A stretch of 64,000 nt of DNA, taken from NCBI GenBank assembly GCA_051313645.2, contig JBNRSN020000005.1:117614001-117678000 (forward strand), in the 5' to 3' direction. A program made the position numbers and the translations under genes. Positions 23,176 to 36,335 of the stretch are shown here, in pieces. Position 1 is the first letter of the stretch. Every line of letters starts with the position of its first letter. Below the pieces are notes generated by a model. That model was not told where the DNA came from, did no database searches, and saw only the letters and a program-made list of their open reading frames with translations. The DNA is from Centroscyllium fabricii (lineage: Eukaryota).

Positions 23176-23389
23176 AGAGGGTTGTGAATCTTTGGAATTC
23201 TCTGCCCCAACGTGCTCAGTCATTGAGTATATTCAAGGCTGAGATAGATAGATTTTTGGACTCCAGAGGAATTAAGGGATATGGGGGTAGTTCAGGAAAG
23301 TGAAGTTGAGGTCGATGATCAGCCATGATCTTATTGAATGGCGGGGCAGGCTCGAGGGGCCATATGACCTACTCCTGCTCCTAATACTT

Positions 23390-23958
23390 AACATAGAAAC
23401 ATAGAAGATAGGAGCAGGAGTAGGCCATTCGGCCCTTCGAGCCTGCTTCGCCATTCAATGAGATCATGGCTGATCATCCAAACCCAGCACCCCGTCCCTG
23501 CCTTGTCCCCATATCGCTCGATCCCTATCGAGCCTGCACCAACACATATCCCACCCTATCCCCGTAACCCCACATATTCAATCCCCCTAACACTAAGGTT
23601 TCACTGAGTTACTCTCCATGTTTTAAAATTAAGTGAATAAAATTGACGTATCGTCAATCAAACACGAAAGACGAGTAGTTACCCAAACTACAGGCTTTTA
23701 TTCACTTACAATGGAGCTAGTCTCCTGTCGAGTTCAAGGCGAGAATGAGCGGGGGCAGGGCAGCCCTCACCTATATGCTCCCACCTGAGGGGAGGAGTTA
23801 GAGGTGTGGCTGACCTGGCCTTGCGTACAATGTACAATGTCAAAGGTGAGCACATCCATATATACACTGGTAATACGGTTACTATATACACTGGTAATAC
23901 GGTTACCACATTGGGTCAATTTATCATGGCCAATCAACCTAACCCGCACATCTTTGGA
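23390..23958 (-). mobile_element. V-SINE (HE1-like), 5'-truncated, interrupted by an LTR fragment
   Basis: Matches 17595-17844; broken at CACTAAG|GGTCAAT. Confidence 0.88.
23597..23910 (-). mobile_element. Gypsy 5' LTR + leader + first 8 gag codons
   Basis: LTR 23644-23910 (TGTGGTAACC...ATTGACGATACGTCA), leader ATTTTATTCACTTAATTTTAAAAC, then MESNSVKP (compare MESGAVKP). Confidence 0.9.
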
Positions 23959-24944
23959 GTTCTTAAGAGATAAGTTCTTATCTCTTGAACAAATTGGGAG
24001 TCTCCAAATCGAATATATTTGAAATTGAATAAAAACTGGCAAAATCTTTTTCCAAATGGCTGTAAACAATTATTTTCAAACTAACAATAATGCAGCAAAA
24101 AACAGCAGCAAATTGTGTAGGCCAGATGTTGGTGAAATGTTGTGAGTTTCAATTGTTTCCTTACAAAAACTGACATTTTGGCACCACAGTATCATTGTCA
24201 CATCATCGCCTGAATACTTTTGCAGCTCGCATTATGATACCCCAGCTCCATGACAGTTTTAATAAACTGTGTCAAATGGGTACAGAGTTCTGTGTTGATA
24301 GATTGCACAGTGAATTAACAAAGTGGCTGTACAGGCACAAAAACTGAAATTAAATGGTGGAAAGTAATGCAATCTGTTTGCTCTAAGGGAAAATAAAGAT
24401 TTTACTGTTTCACCTTTGTTTTCGTCATTGACATTTATAGCTAAATTCCTTTGATCCACAGCAATGTGTCTCTTATCAAGATTTGTTATCATTTGTAATA
24501 TTATTTATGGTGTAGATTGAAACCATATTAAAGTTACAGCATTCCTTCTCAGTCTGACATGATAGACCATTTTAAATTTTGAGCTCACTCCAGGCTCATT
24601 GTAGAACCAACATCCTTAACTAGGCTTTAAAAATGTCTTTAATTCACATTCCAAAAAAGGGGCAGACATCCTCCATTTCAGTGACTCCATGCTTTAAGAA
24701 CATAAGAACATAAGAAATAGGAGCAGGAGTAGGCCAACGAGTTTAGAGTACCCACAAGAAATAAAAGGAAAACAGTGCTTTCAATTTTACAATTAATAAC
24801 CTGTGTCCACGTTGATTCTTAGAAAGTACATCAGCAAATTACAGGTTGGATGGTTGATTTGTTATACATTGATACTGAACTTAAGGTAATCTCTAATAAC
24901 ATTACTTTCCTGTTAGATCAGCTTTTCTAATACCATATTTCATC

Positions 24945-25900
24945 CATAGAATTATACAATATTACAGCACAGATCATGATCTTCAGCCCATGTCAATGTT
25001 TTTTGCCACCTAAGCTAATCTCACTCTCCTACTCTTTCTCCATACCATTTAACAGTCCTATTTTTGAAGAACTTATCTCATTCCCTTTTAAAATAATTTA
25101 TGGAATTTGCTTCTACAGGTACTACTATTTGTGGTAGAAAATTCTACATTCTAACCACTCTGTGCAAAGATATTTTTCCACTTTGTCCTCTTCACTTTTT
25201 TAACTTTCTTAAATGTGTGCCTTTTTGTTACTGTATTGCTAACCAGTTGATACAATCAATCACTATTTGTCTTTTCATAGCTCATCTTGAACACCTCTTT
25301 CACCTCTTAACCTTCTCAGCTCCAGTTAAAAAAGCTGTAACTTCTCAGGTCTCTCTTCATAACGGTAACTTGTCATCCTTGAAAAGATTGCTTTTCTCTT
25401 GAAGAGGGAGTCTTAACAAGTGTAATCTGTTAAAAAATCAAATGGTTAAAATTAATTATGATTTGGCATTTCACATACATTTAGAGAGGTTTGGTTATTT
25501 TTCCTGTGGTGGGAGATGGGGGAAGGCAGAAGCTATTCAAGCCCTGGAGGTGGTGCAGAGAAGATCCCTCGTGGCAGAAGACTGAGTTATGAGGAAAGAC
25601 TGTAAAGTTCAGAGAAGTCGGAAGGAATTGATGAGAGGAGAGGACTTTAATGGAGTATGAGATAGTAAGTGGAGTAGAAAATTTAAACCAAGATAATAGG
25701 AAAATAGAGGCACAGGTTCAAACTGGCAAAAGGCACATTTAGGATTGATATCACAAAGTTCTTTTTCCCCCACAAAGAGTGTTCAACATGTCCAGGTAGG
25801 GTAGTGGTGGCAAAGGTCCCTGGAATCAATTAAGAAACTGTTGTACGTTGTGCTGTGAAGATGGTAGGTTCTCTCTGGATGGATTTATCTATCTATTTAC
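24945..25900. mobile_element. Two old CR1 3' fragments (minus about 24945-25400; plus about 25500-25900)
   Basis: Degenerate similarity to 60347-61712 and 21465-23389. Confidence 0.5.
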
Positions 25901-25913
25901 CAGTCAGTATTGA

Positions 25914-26117
25914 GGTTAGGTGAATTGGAGATACTAAAAATTGCCCATGAGTATGTGTGTGAGATATAGTTCTTAGAGTTGGGAGTGTCGGGGGATATGG
26001 GGAGAGGGTAGGAGGGGGGTGCTGAGTTTGGATGATCAGCCATGATCTCGTCAAAATGGCGGAGCAGGCTCGAAGGGCCGAATGGCCTACTCCTGCTATC
26101 TTCTGTGTTTTTCTGTG
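25914..26117 (+). mobile_element. V-SINE variant, 5'-truncated
   Basis: Matches 31265-31469. Confidence 0.85.
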
Positions 26118-26139
26118 AACGGGACAGCACATGTATTTA

Positions 26140-26538
26140 GGGCGGCACGGTGGCATAGTGGTTAGCACTGTTGCCTTCCAGCACTGGAGACCCGGGTTCA
26201 AATCCAGCCTCGGGTACTATCTGTGTGGAGTTTGCACATTCTCCCCGTGTCTGTGTGGGTTTCCTCCGGGTGCTCCGGTTTCCTCCCACAGTCCAAAGAT
26301 GTGCGGGTTAGGTTGATTGGCCAGGATAAATTGACCCTTAGCGTTAGGGGGATTGAATAGGTGGGGTTACGGGGATAGGGTGGGATATGAATCGGTGCAG
26401 GTTCGAGAGGGATATGGGGACAAGGCAGGGGCTGGGTGCTGGGTTTGGATGATCAGCCATGATCTCATTGAATGGCGGAGCAGGCTCGAAGGGCCGAATG
26501 GCCTACTCCTGCTCCTAGTATCTATGTTTCTATGTTTC
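26140..26538 (+). mobile_element. V-SINE (HE1-like), full length
   Basis: Matches 698-1100. Confidence 0.92.
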
Positions 26539-28518
26539 ATTGCCATTGTCCACTTACGTTCTGTGCTACCAAAGGTTTAAGATATCCTGCAACCTCAGCT
26601 CCTGTGGGTGGTATATTTGTATCTTCTGATTCATTACAAATCGTTGATTTTTTTTTTACTATCTGCATACTCTCCACAGTGTCATCATGTGAGCAGAGTA
26701 ATGACAATCTGTGTCTGTATACAGTACGAGCATTTCTTTGCTCCCAGTTTTTTGCCCTTCATCAGAGCTTAGTGCCTTTACTTAGGGATCACTGCAGTTT
26801 ATGATTAATTTTTGCTTCCTTCTATTTCAGTGGGTTTTCCTGCTCATTATCATACTGCGTTTATTAGTGAATGCTGTTCATGCTTTTACCCTGTCATATG
26901 TTCCATAGGTACAGTAAATATCACTTATCTTGTAATTAATATGCACATCCTCTGCAGTAATTAAACCATGGACCCCCGGCCAGCTGAGCTTTCCTACTGA
27001 TTCCAGCTTATCCCGATAATGGACTTATAGTAATCCAAAACTACCTTTTGAATATTGTTCATAAAACAAGCAGAATGACTTTTAACATCTCTGTGATGAC
27101 TGTAATAATATTTGTGGAACTTGTTAATAACCAAGAACATTATGAATTGAATTATGTGAATGTTAATTAAACTTTGAATCCATTTGAAGCCACTTCTTAG
27201 AAAGAAGACAGTTCTATGATGTCTGAAAAGACTGTCATTTTGCTCTTTGTAGTTCCTACCATTCTTTGGGAAAATAAATCAGTTTAGAAAATAGTCCTTT
27301 AGTAATTCTGATCCTTTTGGGAGCACATTATTTTTAAAAGGCAAGCTGCATTAATTTTGTGCATTTTAAAACATGCATTTAGATATTTTGACATTATCGT
27401 TCAGTTTTGAAGTGGTATTCGGGTCAGCCAGGCAAGTATACACTGCAGTACATGCTGTACGCAGTTCAACAATGCAAGCTTTCCCCTGCCTGTTTAGAGT
27501 TAAACTTTACAGTTAAGTTAAATTATTTGTAACTACAAACACAATTAGTAAGGTGATAATTTCACCAACTATGCCATTATGCACATCTCCATTTAAAACC
27601 TGGGGAAAGATCATCTGGTATCTGTCACATGACAATGTCCTTTAAACAAGTCAACATTTTTATGCTGCCTGTGGTATTAGTGATTTTTCTGAGCTAACAG
27701 AAACAGCAGTCTTCCCTCCACATCATACAATAAAACTCTTAATGTGTTTTGTTTCTAAGGATACATGTAATCCTTCCAGCTGAAGGTTAGCTCACTTCAC
27801 GAGGAGACAAAGGCAGGGATAAAGTGAAAAGGCATAATGTTCTGCTACTGCCACTAGTCTATGCTGTTGTACCAAATATCATCCCAAGTCTTGAAACATT
27901 CCCTGACAAACAAACCCATTTCACTTTGTATCAAAATGTGACACAGTGTGTTACAGAATGAAAAAGTAGTGGGGTGCAAATCTCCTGAGCTTCCCACGCA
28001 GTATGTTCCACTACTTGGCTATTTGAGAATGCACCAAGCAGAAGAAAAGCACTTCTCCTCCCTTGTCACAATAATTAAAAGAGAACCAACCCTACACCTC
28101 TTCCATGCATCTCTTAGTGAACAAATTAGAGTAGCATTGAAAACAGGTCAAAGAACAGACCACTTGGCTACCTTTTCAGTTTAAGGAATGGTGCATGTTG
28201 TGTGTGTGTGAGGGGGGAGGAGTGATCTATGAATGGACTAACCCAATCATTGGAGTGAGTTTGTTCAGTCCCTGCCTAATAGATGTCCGAATTGAAGAAA
28301 GATGTTACGTCTCAAGATGCAGAAACATTTACATCAGATGCCCTGCCACACTTATCCATGTCATCTGTCACTCATAGAGCATTTCTATTGGTGGTCAAGG
28401 AAGCATTTGAAACTTAAACCCTTCTCTTCTGCCTGAAAAAAATATTTAGTGGGGAAAGGTTACCATCCTTTCTCTTTATCATTATCATTGTGAATTATTA
28501 TTGAAATGATAACATATT

Positions 28519-29508
28519 GGGGGAAAAATTCGGTATTGCCCCGTTTGGGGCGCCATACTCGGCGGTGCACAAAATTTAGTGCCTGCCGTTAATTATCGCC
28601 TCCAACTGCAAACTTGGCTTTTATTGCCCCTGGAGGTGACTGGAGCGCTAAATTAGGCGCTACACACCTGTCTTAAGGCACAAAGGCCGAGGAGCGAGGC
28701 GTTACCTCAGAGCGCTGGCAAAGCTCATGTGATGTCAGTCAGCAATGGAACAAAGACATACTGGCATCATCCAATTCTTAAAGGGGGGGGTTCTAACGAA
28801 AGGTCATCGAGCTGAAACGTTAACTCTGTTTCTCTCTTCACAGATGCTGCTTGACCTGCTGAGTTTCTCCTGCATTTTCTGTTTTTATCTTAAAGGGGAG
28901 GGTTGCTCTTGCTCTCCATCCACATCCTGCTCATTGCAGCCTTGAATCTCGGCCTGGAGAGACAAGTACATCAAATCTGCTGGAAAGAACAATGGAGAGA
29001 CCCAGGGAAAGAGCTGAGAGTGCAGCCCCCACATTCTCTTCTATATCGATACAAGGAAGGGCAAATCAAAATTAACCTGCGAAGTACTGCTCAGTACCCA
29101 AAACTCCTTCACAGTGTTGAATCTCTCCAGAGGTCTCTCTCTCTCTCTCAGAATGCGTGGTGCAAAAATGTCACCAGCAAAAAAAGGCAGGAAGCAGTCA
29201 CCTTTAAATAGCGCTCCCCCAGTCCCTTTCTGACTGCAGAACGCTCCCCTCAACCTATTGTTGTTAGTGGCAGGCGGTAAGGCAGGGGGTGCCACTCAAT
29301 ATCCGGTCCGGGGCGCAACCGGGGTGTTGCGCACTCGAATGATGTCACAATCTGGCAGCGCAGGAGATCGTGGTAGTATTGTTTAGCGCTGCCGCAAAAA
29401 GCCTAGTCAATTTCCCGAGTGGCGCTAAACTCACCGTGCCCGGGTGCTAGTTGCTTTGCGCCCCCCTAAGGTGCTAACGGGAGGCGCAACCAATCGAATT
29501 TTCCCCCC
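28519..29508. mobile_element. Harbinger-type MITE
   Basis: TIR GGGGGAAAAATTCG / CGAATTTTCCCCCC; ATT TSD. Confidence 0.88.
28791..28887 (+). mobile_element. Penelope-like pLTR fragment with decayed hammerhead core
   Basis: CTAACGAAAGGTCATCGAGCTGAAACGTTAACTC; flanked by duplicated TCTTAAAGGGG. Confidence 0.75.
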
Positions 29509-29873
29509 ATTATTTCTTACTTCAGAAAGAATCAAAAACAAGACTCCATTATCACTGTGTTCAAGCAACCGTTTAAGAGCAATTGACCTTTTTCACCTAC
29601 TCATGGCAGTAGGCTACATATGAACATTAGCTAACTCCCCAGGTCCAAGATGGTTTCCACTATATTCTTTGCCTAGTTTTTGGCTAACTCTCACTGTTCA
29701 TACTGATGCTGTACATGTTTATGTCTAAGCTTTATTTGCAAGCTAAATCTGCCCAGGAAATTAATAACTTGATTAGTATATGAACATATTTATACACCTG
29801 TATTTAAATTAAATCTCTTTTTTTTAATTAAATTAAATCTCCTGAACTCTAACAAAAAACTCCAGTATCTGCA

Positions 29874-29992
29874 CACCTGAAATGTACTTTATTGTATGCA
29901 ATTGTATGTAACTTATGCAGTACTCTCGGGAGCGGCGAGTCTTCGTTTCGTTGTATTCTGCTAGTTCACTGCAATGACAATAAAATTGAATT
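29874..29992 (+). mobile_element. Rex1/Babar 3' UTR fragment
   Basis: Reverse complement of 9745-9870 (…CTGCAATGACAATAAAATTGAATT). Confidence 0.75.
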
Positions 29993-30414
29993 ATAATCTG
30001 AAAATATCTGATAAAACACAAGAAGGATCATGGATTGAAAAAAAACTATAATCTGCTTCACTAATATGTCACAGTAGAAACACTCCCTTTGGATAATGTC
30101 ATAATTTGGTTAACTGGCCATGTATTAATTGCAATGTCATACTGTATTAAATGATATTAATTCATCATGATGCACATATGATGAAATACCTACACATGAA
30201 GGGCATGCTGTGGTATCAACCATTTTAGTTAACTGGTTAACTCATGAATGTTTTTTGGATAACTGTCATCTCCACGGTTGATTTTTAAAATACCCATCTA
30301 ACTAAATACCACAGAATTTTCTACAAGATCCCATCAAACCTTTACATGTTCATCGTTAGAAAAATTATCTCTTAGAATGGGGTATGAATCTAGTAGGACC
30401 ATTTAAAAACTTAA

Positions 30415-30739
30415 TAGAAAGAAAGACTTATATTTATATCGCACCTTTCACGACCACCGGACGTCCCAAAGTGCTTTACAGCCAATGAATTACTTTTTGA
30501 AGTGGAATCACTGTTGTAATGTAGGAAACACGGCAGCCAATTTGCGCACAGCAAGTTCCCACAAACAGCATTGTGATAATGACCAGATAATATGTTTTAG
30601 TGATGTTGATTGAGGGATAAATATTGACCAGGACACTGGGGATAACTCCCCAGCTCTTCTTCGAAATAGTGCCATGGGATCTTTTACATCCACCTGAGAG
30701 AGCAGACGGGACCTCGGTTTAACATCTCATCCAAAAGAC
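30415..30739 (-). mobile_element. Deu-domain SINE (SacSINE1/AmnSINE1-like), 5'-truncated
   Basis: Minus strand GGATGAGATGTTAAACCGAGGTCCCGTC..GGATGTAAAAGATCCCATGGCACTATTTCGAAGAAGAG; ACTTAATA on both flanks. Confidence 0.88.
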
Positions 30740-31093
30740 TTAATAATAATATAATACATACAAGGTAGGAAAGGAAGCGAAGTAGATTTATAATAGACTT
30801 ATATCGGTCACATGATCTAAATGTATTTACTTATGCTGCAGCTTTTCTAAACATGCAATTCATTTATGTCATCTCAGACAGGAGTGTTGAGCATTTATTT
30901 TGAGTGATGTTTCAACTCTGGTAAAATTTAGTTATTTCCAAAGCTGAAGCATGGTCCTAATTATTGCAGACTCATGTGAAAGGTTCCTTAGAGTATCAGA
31001 GAACATGGATACGATTCAGCACCATAAAGACCTCATCACCATTCTGATATTGGGGATCAGACACCAATATTTATTCCACCTCACCCCCATCCG

Positions 31094-31469
31094 GGGACGA
31101 CACGGTGGCGCAGTGGTTAGCACTGCTGCCTCACAATAAGGAGCTCCTGGGTTCGAATCCTGCTTGGCCCGGGACCTCTCTGTGTGGAGTTTGCATGTTC
31201 TTCCCGTGTTCGTGTGGGTTTCCTCCGGGTACTCCGGTTTCCTCCCACCGCCCAAAGACATGCAGGTTAGGGGAATTGGAGATACTAAAAATTGCCCATG
31301 AGTATGTGTGCGAGATATAGTTCTTAGAGTTGGGGGTGTCAGGGGATATGGGGAGAGGGTAGGAGGGGGGTGTTGGGTTTGATCAGACATGATCACATCA
31401 AAATGGCGGAGCAGGTTCGAAGGGCTGAATGGCCTACTCCTGCTCCTATCTTCTGTGTTTCTGTGTTTC
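31094..31469 (+). mobile_element. V-SINE, second subfamily, full length
   Basis: A and B boxes, V-domain, CR1 tail; TSD TCACCCCC(A/T)TCC. Confidence 0.9.
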
Positions 31470-33364
31470 ACCCCCTTCCCAAAGCAATTAGTCCAACAAC
31501 CTCGATGTGATCTGGGTGATCCACTGCTCAACTGTTAGCAAACTGGATGTCTTCATTCTCTGACCATCTTACACTTAAATAAGCAAAAAAGGATCTGACT
31601 TGTGCTCAGCAAAACTGCCAAGAATCACATGATGCCCAGATTGTCAATCAACAGGCAGTAGACTTATCGCTTGCCATGGTTGTGGGAAAATAATAGTGAA
31701 GTGGGGGAAAAGCCTGTGTAACTACAGATGGGTGTTATTTTTCTCTATACATGTATTCAGTTCCATTTACTTATTTAAGAAACAACCACATCTAAATCGT
31801 CCCAAGTTCCGATTTCCTGTAAATTAATTCAAGCTGGTTTAGTTTTAATTTAGAATCAGGTTTGACATTAATTCTAACTAGTCAAAAGATGTGGTGATTT
31901 TTATCAATACTATGATAATGCGAGTTTGTTATGATGCCTGATAAACCATTATGATAATTTCCAACTGCCATAAATAAAAATTGAGTAATGTATACACTGT
32001 AAATCCCCTGTATAAGGCTCTTCAATATACTTGTGATAGGACATGTTGTGTAAGGCTCTCTTTCTAACAAAGCACTCATATAAAATGCCTCTTTATAACA
32101 CAACCCACTATAAAACATGCTTTCCATATGACTCCCAAAGCTGGTGTTTTAAAGAGTGTTTACTGCATTGTAAAAAAAAAGTTGCTGGATGGCATTAACC
32201 CTTTAAACCATGAATTTGATTGGTTGTCTTGAAATAGGACATTTGTGTATGTTTCTCAGTTGATGGAGGTAAAAGAACAAACATCATTGAGGAAATCAGA
32301 AGACTTATAAACTACTTCAAATTCTCATATAAACCCCTCAATTATGTCATTACTTGTAGCTGCCTCCTGTTTACCATACGTATATTAATAAGAATAACCT
32401 GCAGTTGACATAGTTTCATGCTTCAAATGGTTTTAAGAGTATGATTCTCTACATTTTGACAATTTATGATGCTCTAGTCTATAGGGGTAATTTTCAGCTT
32501 TGTTCCTGACCTTCCCTCCATAAAAGCTTCAGAAGAAGTGTATGGGTGCTTTGAGAACTGTGTACAGGAAAGATACAGAGGTTAAATTATCATGTGTTAC
32601 CTAACCCTTGCCTTCCGTGCCATTGTTAAAGCTGAATGTTGCAGCATTTTGAGGTCCTTAGGATAGGCCGCTGAGGCAATAACAGCAGAACAGTGTGTCA
32701 CATGGTAAATGGGAAGAGGTGCAGGGCTAAAGGTTACTGCTGTCAGATAGGGGTCACAAAACAACAGGAGATAAAAATAGCAATAACGCCCTCTACATAC
32801 AGGTGTGAGGGGCAAGGTTCAGACAAACAACTGTCTGTACCAATTGGTACAGCAAAGCCTTGTTAAACTACTGCACTAGTAACAGTGGACTCAGAAGTTA
32901 GCATGTATTTTATATGGGATAGCACTATGGCGCTGACCCACAAACACAGCAGAAGCATAAATGGATACACGGTTGTGTTAGTGAAGGGACAGCTACAAAA
33001 TAATTGTTGTTATAGTGTCATAAAAAATGTCAGTCAATTTTACAAAGGTGATTTCATGAAATATTTAAGAACTTAGTATCTTTGGGAAAATGGAGACACC
33101 ATGGCACTGCCAGTTGAATTGTTTGGATGGGAAGAGGTTGGGAACATTTTAAATGATCATAACAATGGAAATTAAAAGTGATAAAGTGGCTTTGCATGTC
33201 AGTGCCAGCCCCATACCTTTCATAATGGGACACCTCCCAACTTCTTGCTTGTCATCATGAATGGTAACTTTTGTCAAAGAGTCACAAAACAAAACTACCA
33301 CTGCTGGTGGGATGTAATTCCTGGCGTCTTACAGGCTCATGTTTTTAATGTTTATTGTCTTGTC

Positions 33365-33575
33365 CTATTCTCAGGAATTGCCTCTCTAAACCCTTCAGCC
33401 TGTCATGTCTCTCTCCACCTTTAGCAGACTCCTGGAGATCAATATTTTTGACCAGGCATTTGGCCATTTCAACCAGCTCTTCGTCTCTTGCCTGGTGCCT
33501 GCGCTTTCCGATATGATGCACCTGGGGGCATTTTATTACAATAAAGCCACCCAATAAATACAGGTTGCTCATTGT
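33365..33575 (+). mobile_element. Old L2 3' tail
   Basis: GGAATTGCCTCTCTAAACCC...TTTGACCAGGCATTTGGCCA...ATAAATACAGGTTG; similar to 39700-39888. Confidence 0.5.
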
Positions 33576-35362
33576 TACCCAGGCAGGCTCTTTTTCCCCC
33601 TCCTCTCTACTTCAACTAGAGCTCATATATTTATCTATTAATGATCGAACCAAAATCATGGCAATATTCTCATTTATGCAAATAAGTGACCGTATAGTCC
33701 ATGCTGTCTCACGCTAATCTGGCTCTGCACAACCATTCTGCCCAGCTGATTGCCTGTAACAGAATTGTATTCTATTCACATTGTCAAGGGTTGTATACTA
33801 CTTTAGTGATAGGAATTGCTGATAACCCAAGCAGGGCACTTCTCTGAAAGGGAGTTTGATTTCACCTTTACTGGGTTGCATTGTGGCTGGGAGTGACTGC
33901 AATGAATGAGATCGCTTCAATTATTCAGGGTTTAATAATTCAGATTAAACCCTACGTCACAACGGCCATCAATCTGCCTGTTTTGGGCTTCAGCTTGAAA
34001 CTGTATGGACAGCCAGTGTTTGCGGGGCATTGTCTCTCTGCTATTTCTTCCTTAAATCCTGATTTGTATATTTTCTAATCATTTAAAATCCATCCAACAT
34101 TTTTACAGTGCAGTAGTCCCCCTTATACAGTACAGTGCTGACACCGAGGTGGGCAGGGATTTTTTTTTTAAAAACACAGCAAAATACATGTTTCAAAACC
34201 GATTCAATTAATTGAATTGGTCATAATTGGTTAGGTTTTTGTACTCTTCCCTAAAGAGATGTGTTACACTCTGGTCTAAAGATGATTGTAGATGCATCCA
34301 ATAGTATTTAGACATTCATGTAAAAAACCTCGAAACACATCAATGCTCTGAGCGGTTCTTTTATCTCATCCTTTATTTTGCATTTTGTTTTACTGGCTGC
34401 CAAGAGACATGTGGCCACGCAGCAGAATAATGAAGTTGTATTTAATTTAGTTATACTTTATTAATGTCAAAGATGCTCACCCATTAATCAATTAAAACAC
34501 GGCTGTGCAGGAAAAAAAGCTTCAATGCGCTTCCTTTAGTAATAATATCACATGCATTTTAAAAAGGAGTGCGATTATCTCAATGTGTTTCTGAGTTGAA
34601 GTTAAAAAATGTAAAAATGATTTTCATTCCAAAACTAATTAATATGCTAAATTATTCAAATTAGATTGTAATTAAGCATCTACTCTGTAGAAAACCTTTT
34701 CATGATAATTTATGATAAAATTGGTAGTAGCGATGCTTGAGATTAATTTTTCTTAGCGGCGCTTGGTTGCGGTCATGAATGCAAAAAAGCACCTGAACAA
34801 ATATTTTTAAACACCTAATTTCATTTCGCATTCTAATTATGTCGTTATTATTTTTAACAAACACCTACACAGAAATGGAGGATCTGCGAGCAGAGCCCCC
34901 TGGAACCAGGCTGCGAGCCGCCTACCGTCCTGTCCCTCAGAGTATCTCCCACCACAAGCTGCCATCTCCTTCACACAGACCTGCTCTCAAACTGTTCGCC
35001 CTTAACTTCCCCCGCAGTCAGTTTCTTAAAACGAAGGAGAACATTTCGACAGTGAACAGTTACATATTCCCTTCAGCTGAATAAAGTATACATTGCGTTA
35101 TTAATAGCGCTTAGGGTCATCCCTGCCAGCTTCCAGCTCGGCATCTAATTCCATTTTTACAATAGTTATTTTCTCTTTAGAATATCTCGCAAGCAAGAAA
35201 TATTTTTTTTAAACGAAGATGAACATTTTCTGGTGTGTTCTGTTAAGCCACAAAGCTATTGCAAACCAAAGTATGTATTTAATGCTCTGGGCCTTCATGC
35301 CAATGCTCCAGTGCATCATTCCTTTAGAATAATGTCTTTCCACTGGTGCTCCTACATTCAGA

Positions 35363-35478
35363 GGAAGGGGCAGACGCTCCGAAAGCTTGTGATTTCAAAT
35401 AAAACTGTTGGACTATAACCTGGTGTGGTGTGACTTCTTGCATTTGTCCACCCCAGTCCAACAGCGGCACCTCCACAT
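35363..35478 (+). mobile_element. Penelope-like pLTR fragment
   Basis: Same family as 13308-13521, ending CACCTCCACAT; ATTCAGAG on both flanks. Confidence 0.8.
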
Positions 35479-35749
35479 CATGCATATATTCAGAGTAGCA
35501 CTCAAATGCTCCAGTGTATCTGTACATTAAGGTTCCATTCCTCTTCACTAATTTCACATGCCTTGTGCCTTTTCATCAACACTCCATAATTTTATTCTAA
35601 TACTTCATAGCTTTACACTAAGATTCCATACCATTACACTAATGCTGCATAGCTTTACACTAAGGCTCCAATGTTCTGTACCTTTACAGGAATACTACAT
35701 AGCCTGTGTTTTCAATTCACTGTTTAATGTTCCATGTGGTTCCAATACT

Positions 35750-36335
35750 AAACGAAAGAACTTGCATTTATATTGCATTTTTCACGACCTCAGGATATCT
35801 CAAAGCACTTCAGCCAATGAAGTACTTTTTGAGGTATAGACACTTGTAATGTAGCTGCAGCCAATTTGTGCACAGCAAGGTGATGAATAACCAAATAACC
35901 TGTTGTGATGTTGGTTGAGAGATAAATACTGGCCAGGGCCAGGAGAATGTTGCAGCTCTTCCTTGAACAGTGCCATGGAATCATTCACATCCAGCTGAAA
36001 GGGCAGATTGCCCCCTGGTTTAACATCTCATCTGAAAGATGGCACCTCAGACAGTGCCGCACTCCCTCAGTACTGCACTGCAGCCTAGATTATGTGCTAT
36101 CAAGAGGTAGAAAATGTAACTTGGGCAATAGCACAAATATGGCAATAGTGACTTGACAGCCTGTTTTACACTCTGCCCAATTTAAAAACGGACAGACTGT
36201 AAAACGGGCGGACGATTCGCTATTGCCCAGTTTGCGCCACCACCTAAATCGGATTTCCACTCCCAAGTCTCTGGAATGGGGCTTAAACCCATGACCTCCT
36301 GACTCGGAGGTGAGAATGCTTCATTGAGCCAAGGC
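35750..36335 (-). mobile_element. Deu-domain SINE with tRNA-like head, interrupted by a MITE
   Basis: Homologous to 30415-30739; head at about 36270-36335. Confidence 0.8.
36105..36264. mobile_element. Small hairpin MITE (Harbinger-like)
   Basis: TGGGCAATAGC..GCTATTGCCCA and GTTTTACA..TGTAAAAC inverted arms; AAG TSD. Confidence 0.7.

Larger units (their letters stand above)
21465..23389 (+). mobile_element. CR1-type LINE 3' end split by two MITEs
   Basis: SLEFRRMRSDLIDTYSILRGVERVDAERL/FPLAVESRTRGHRLRI..RMNFFTQR/VVNLWNSLP is continuous once the MITEs are removed. Confidence 0.88.

Noticed and set aside
35600-35670. Direct repeat CATAGCTTTACACTAAG, CRISPR-like spacing
   Set aside because: Only two copies in a eukaryotic context; a simple tandem duplication.
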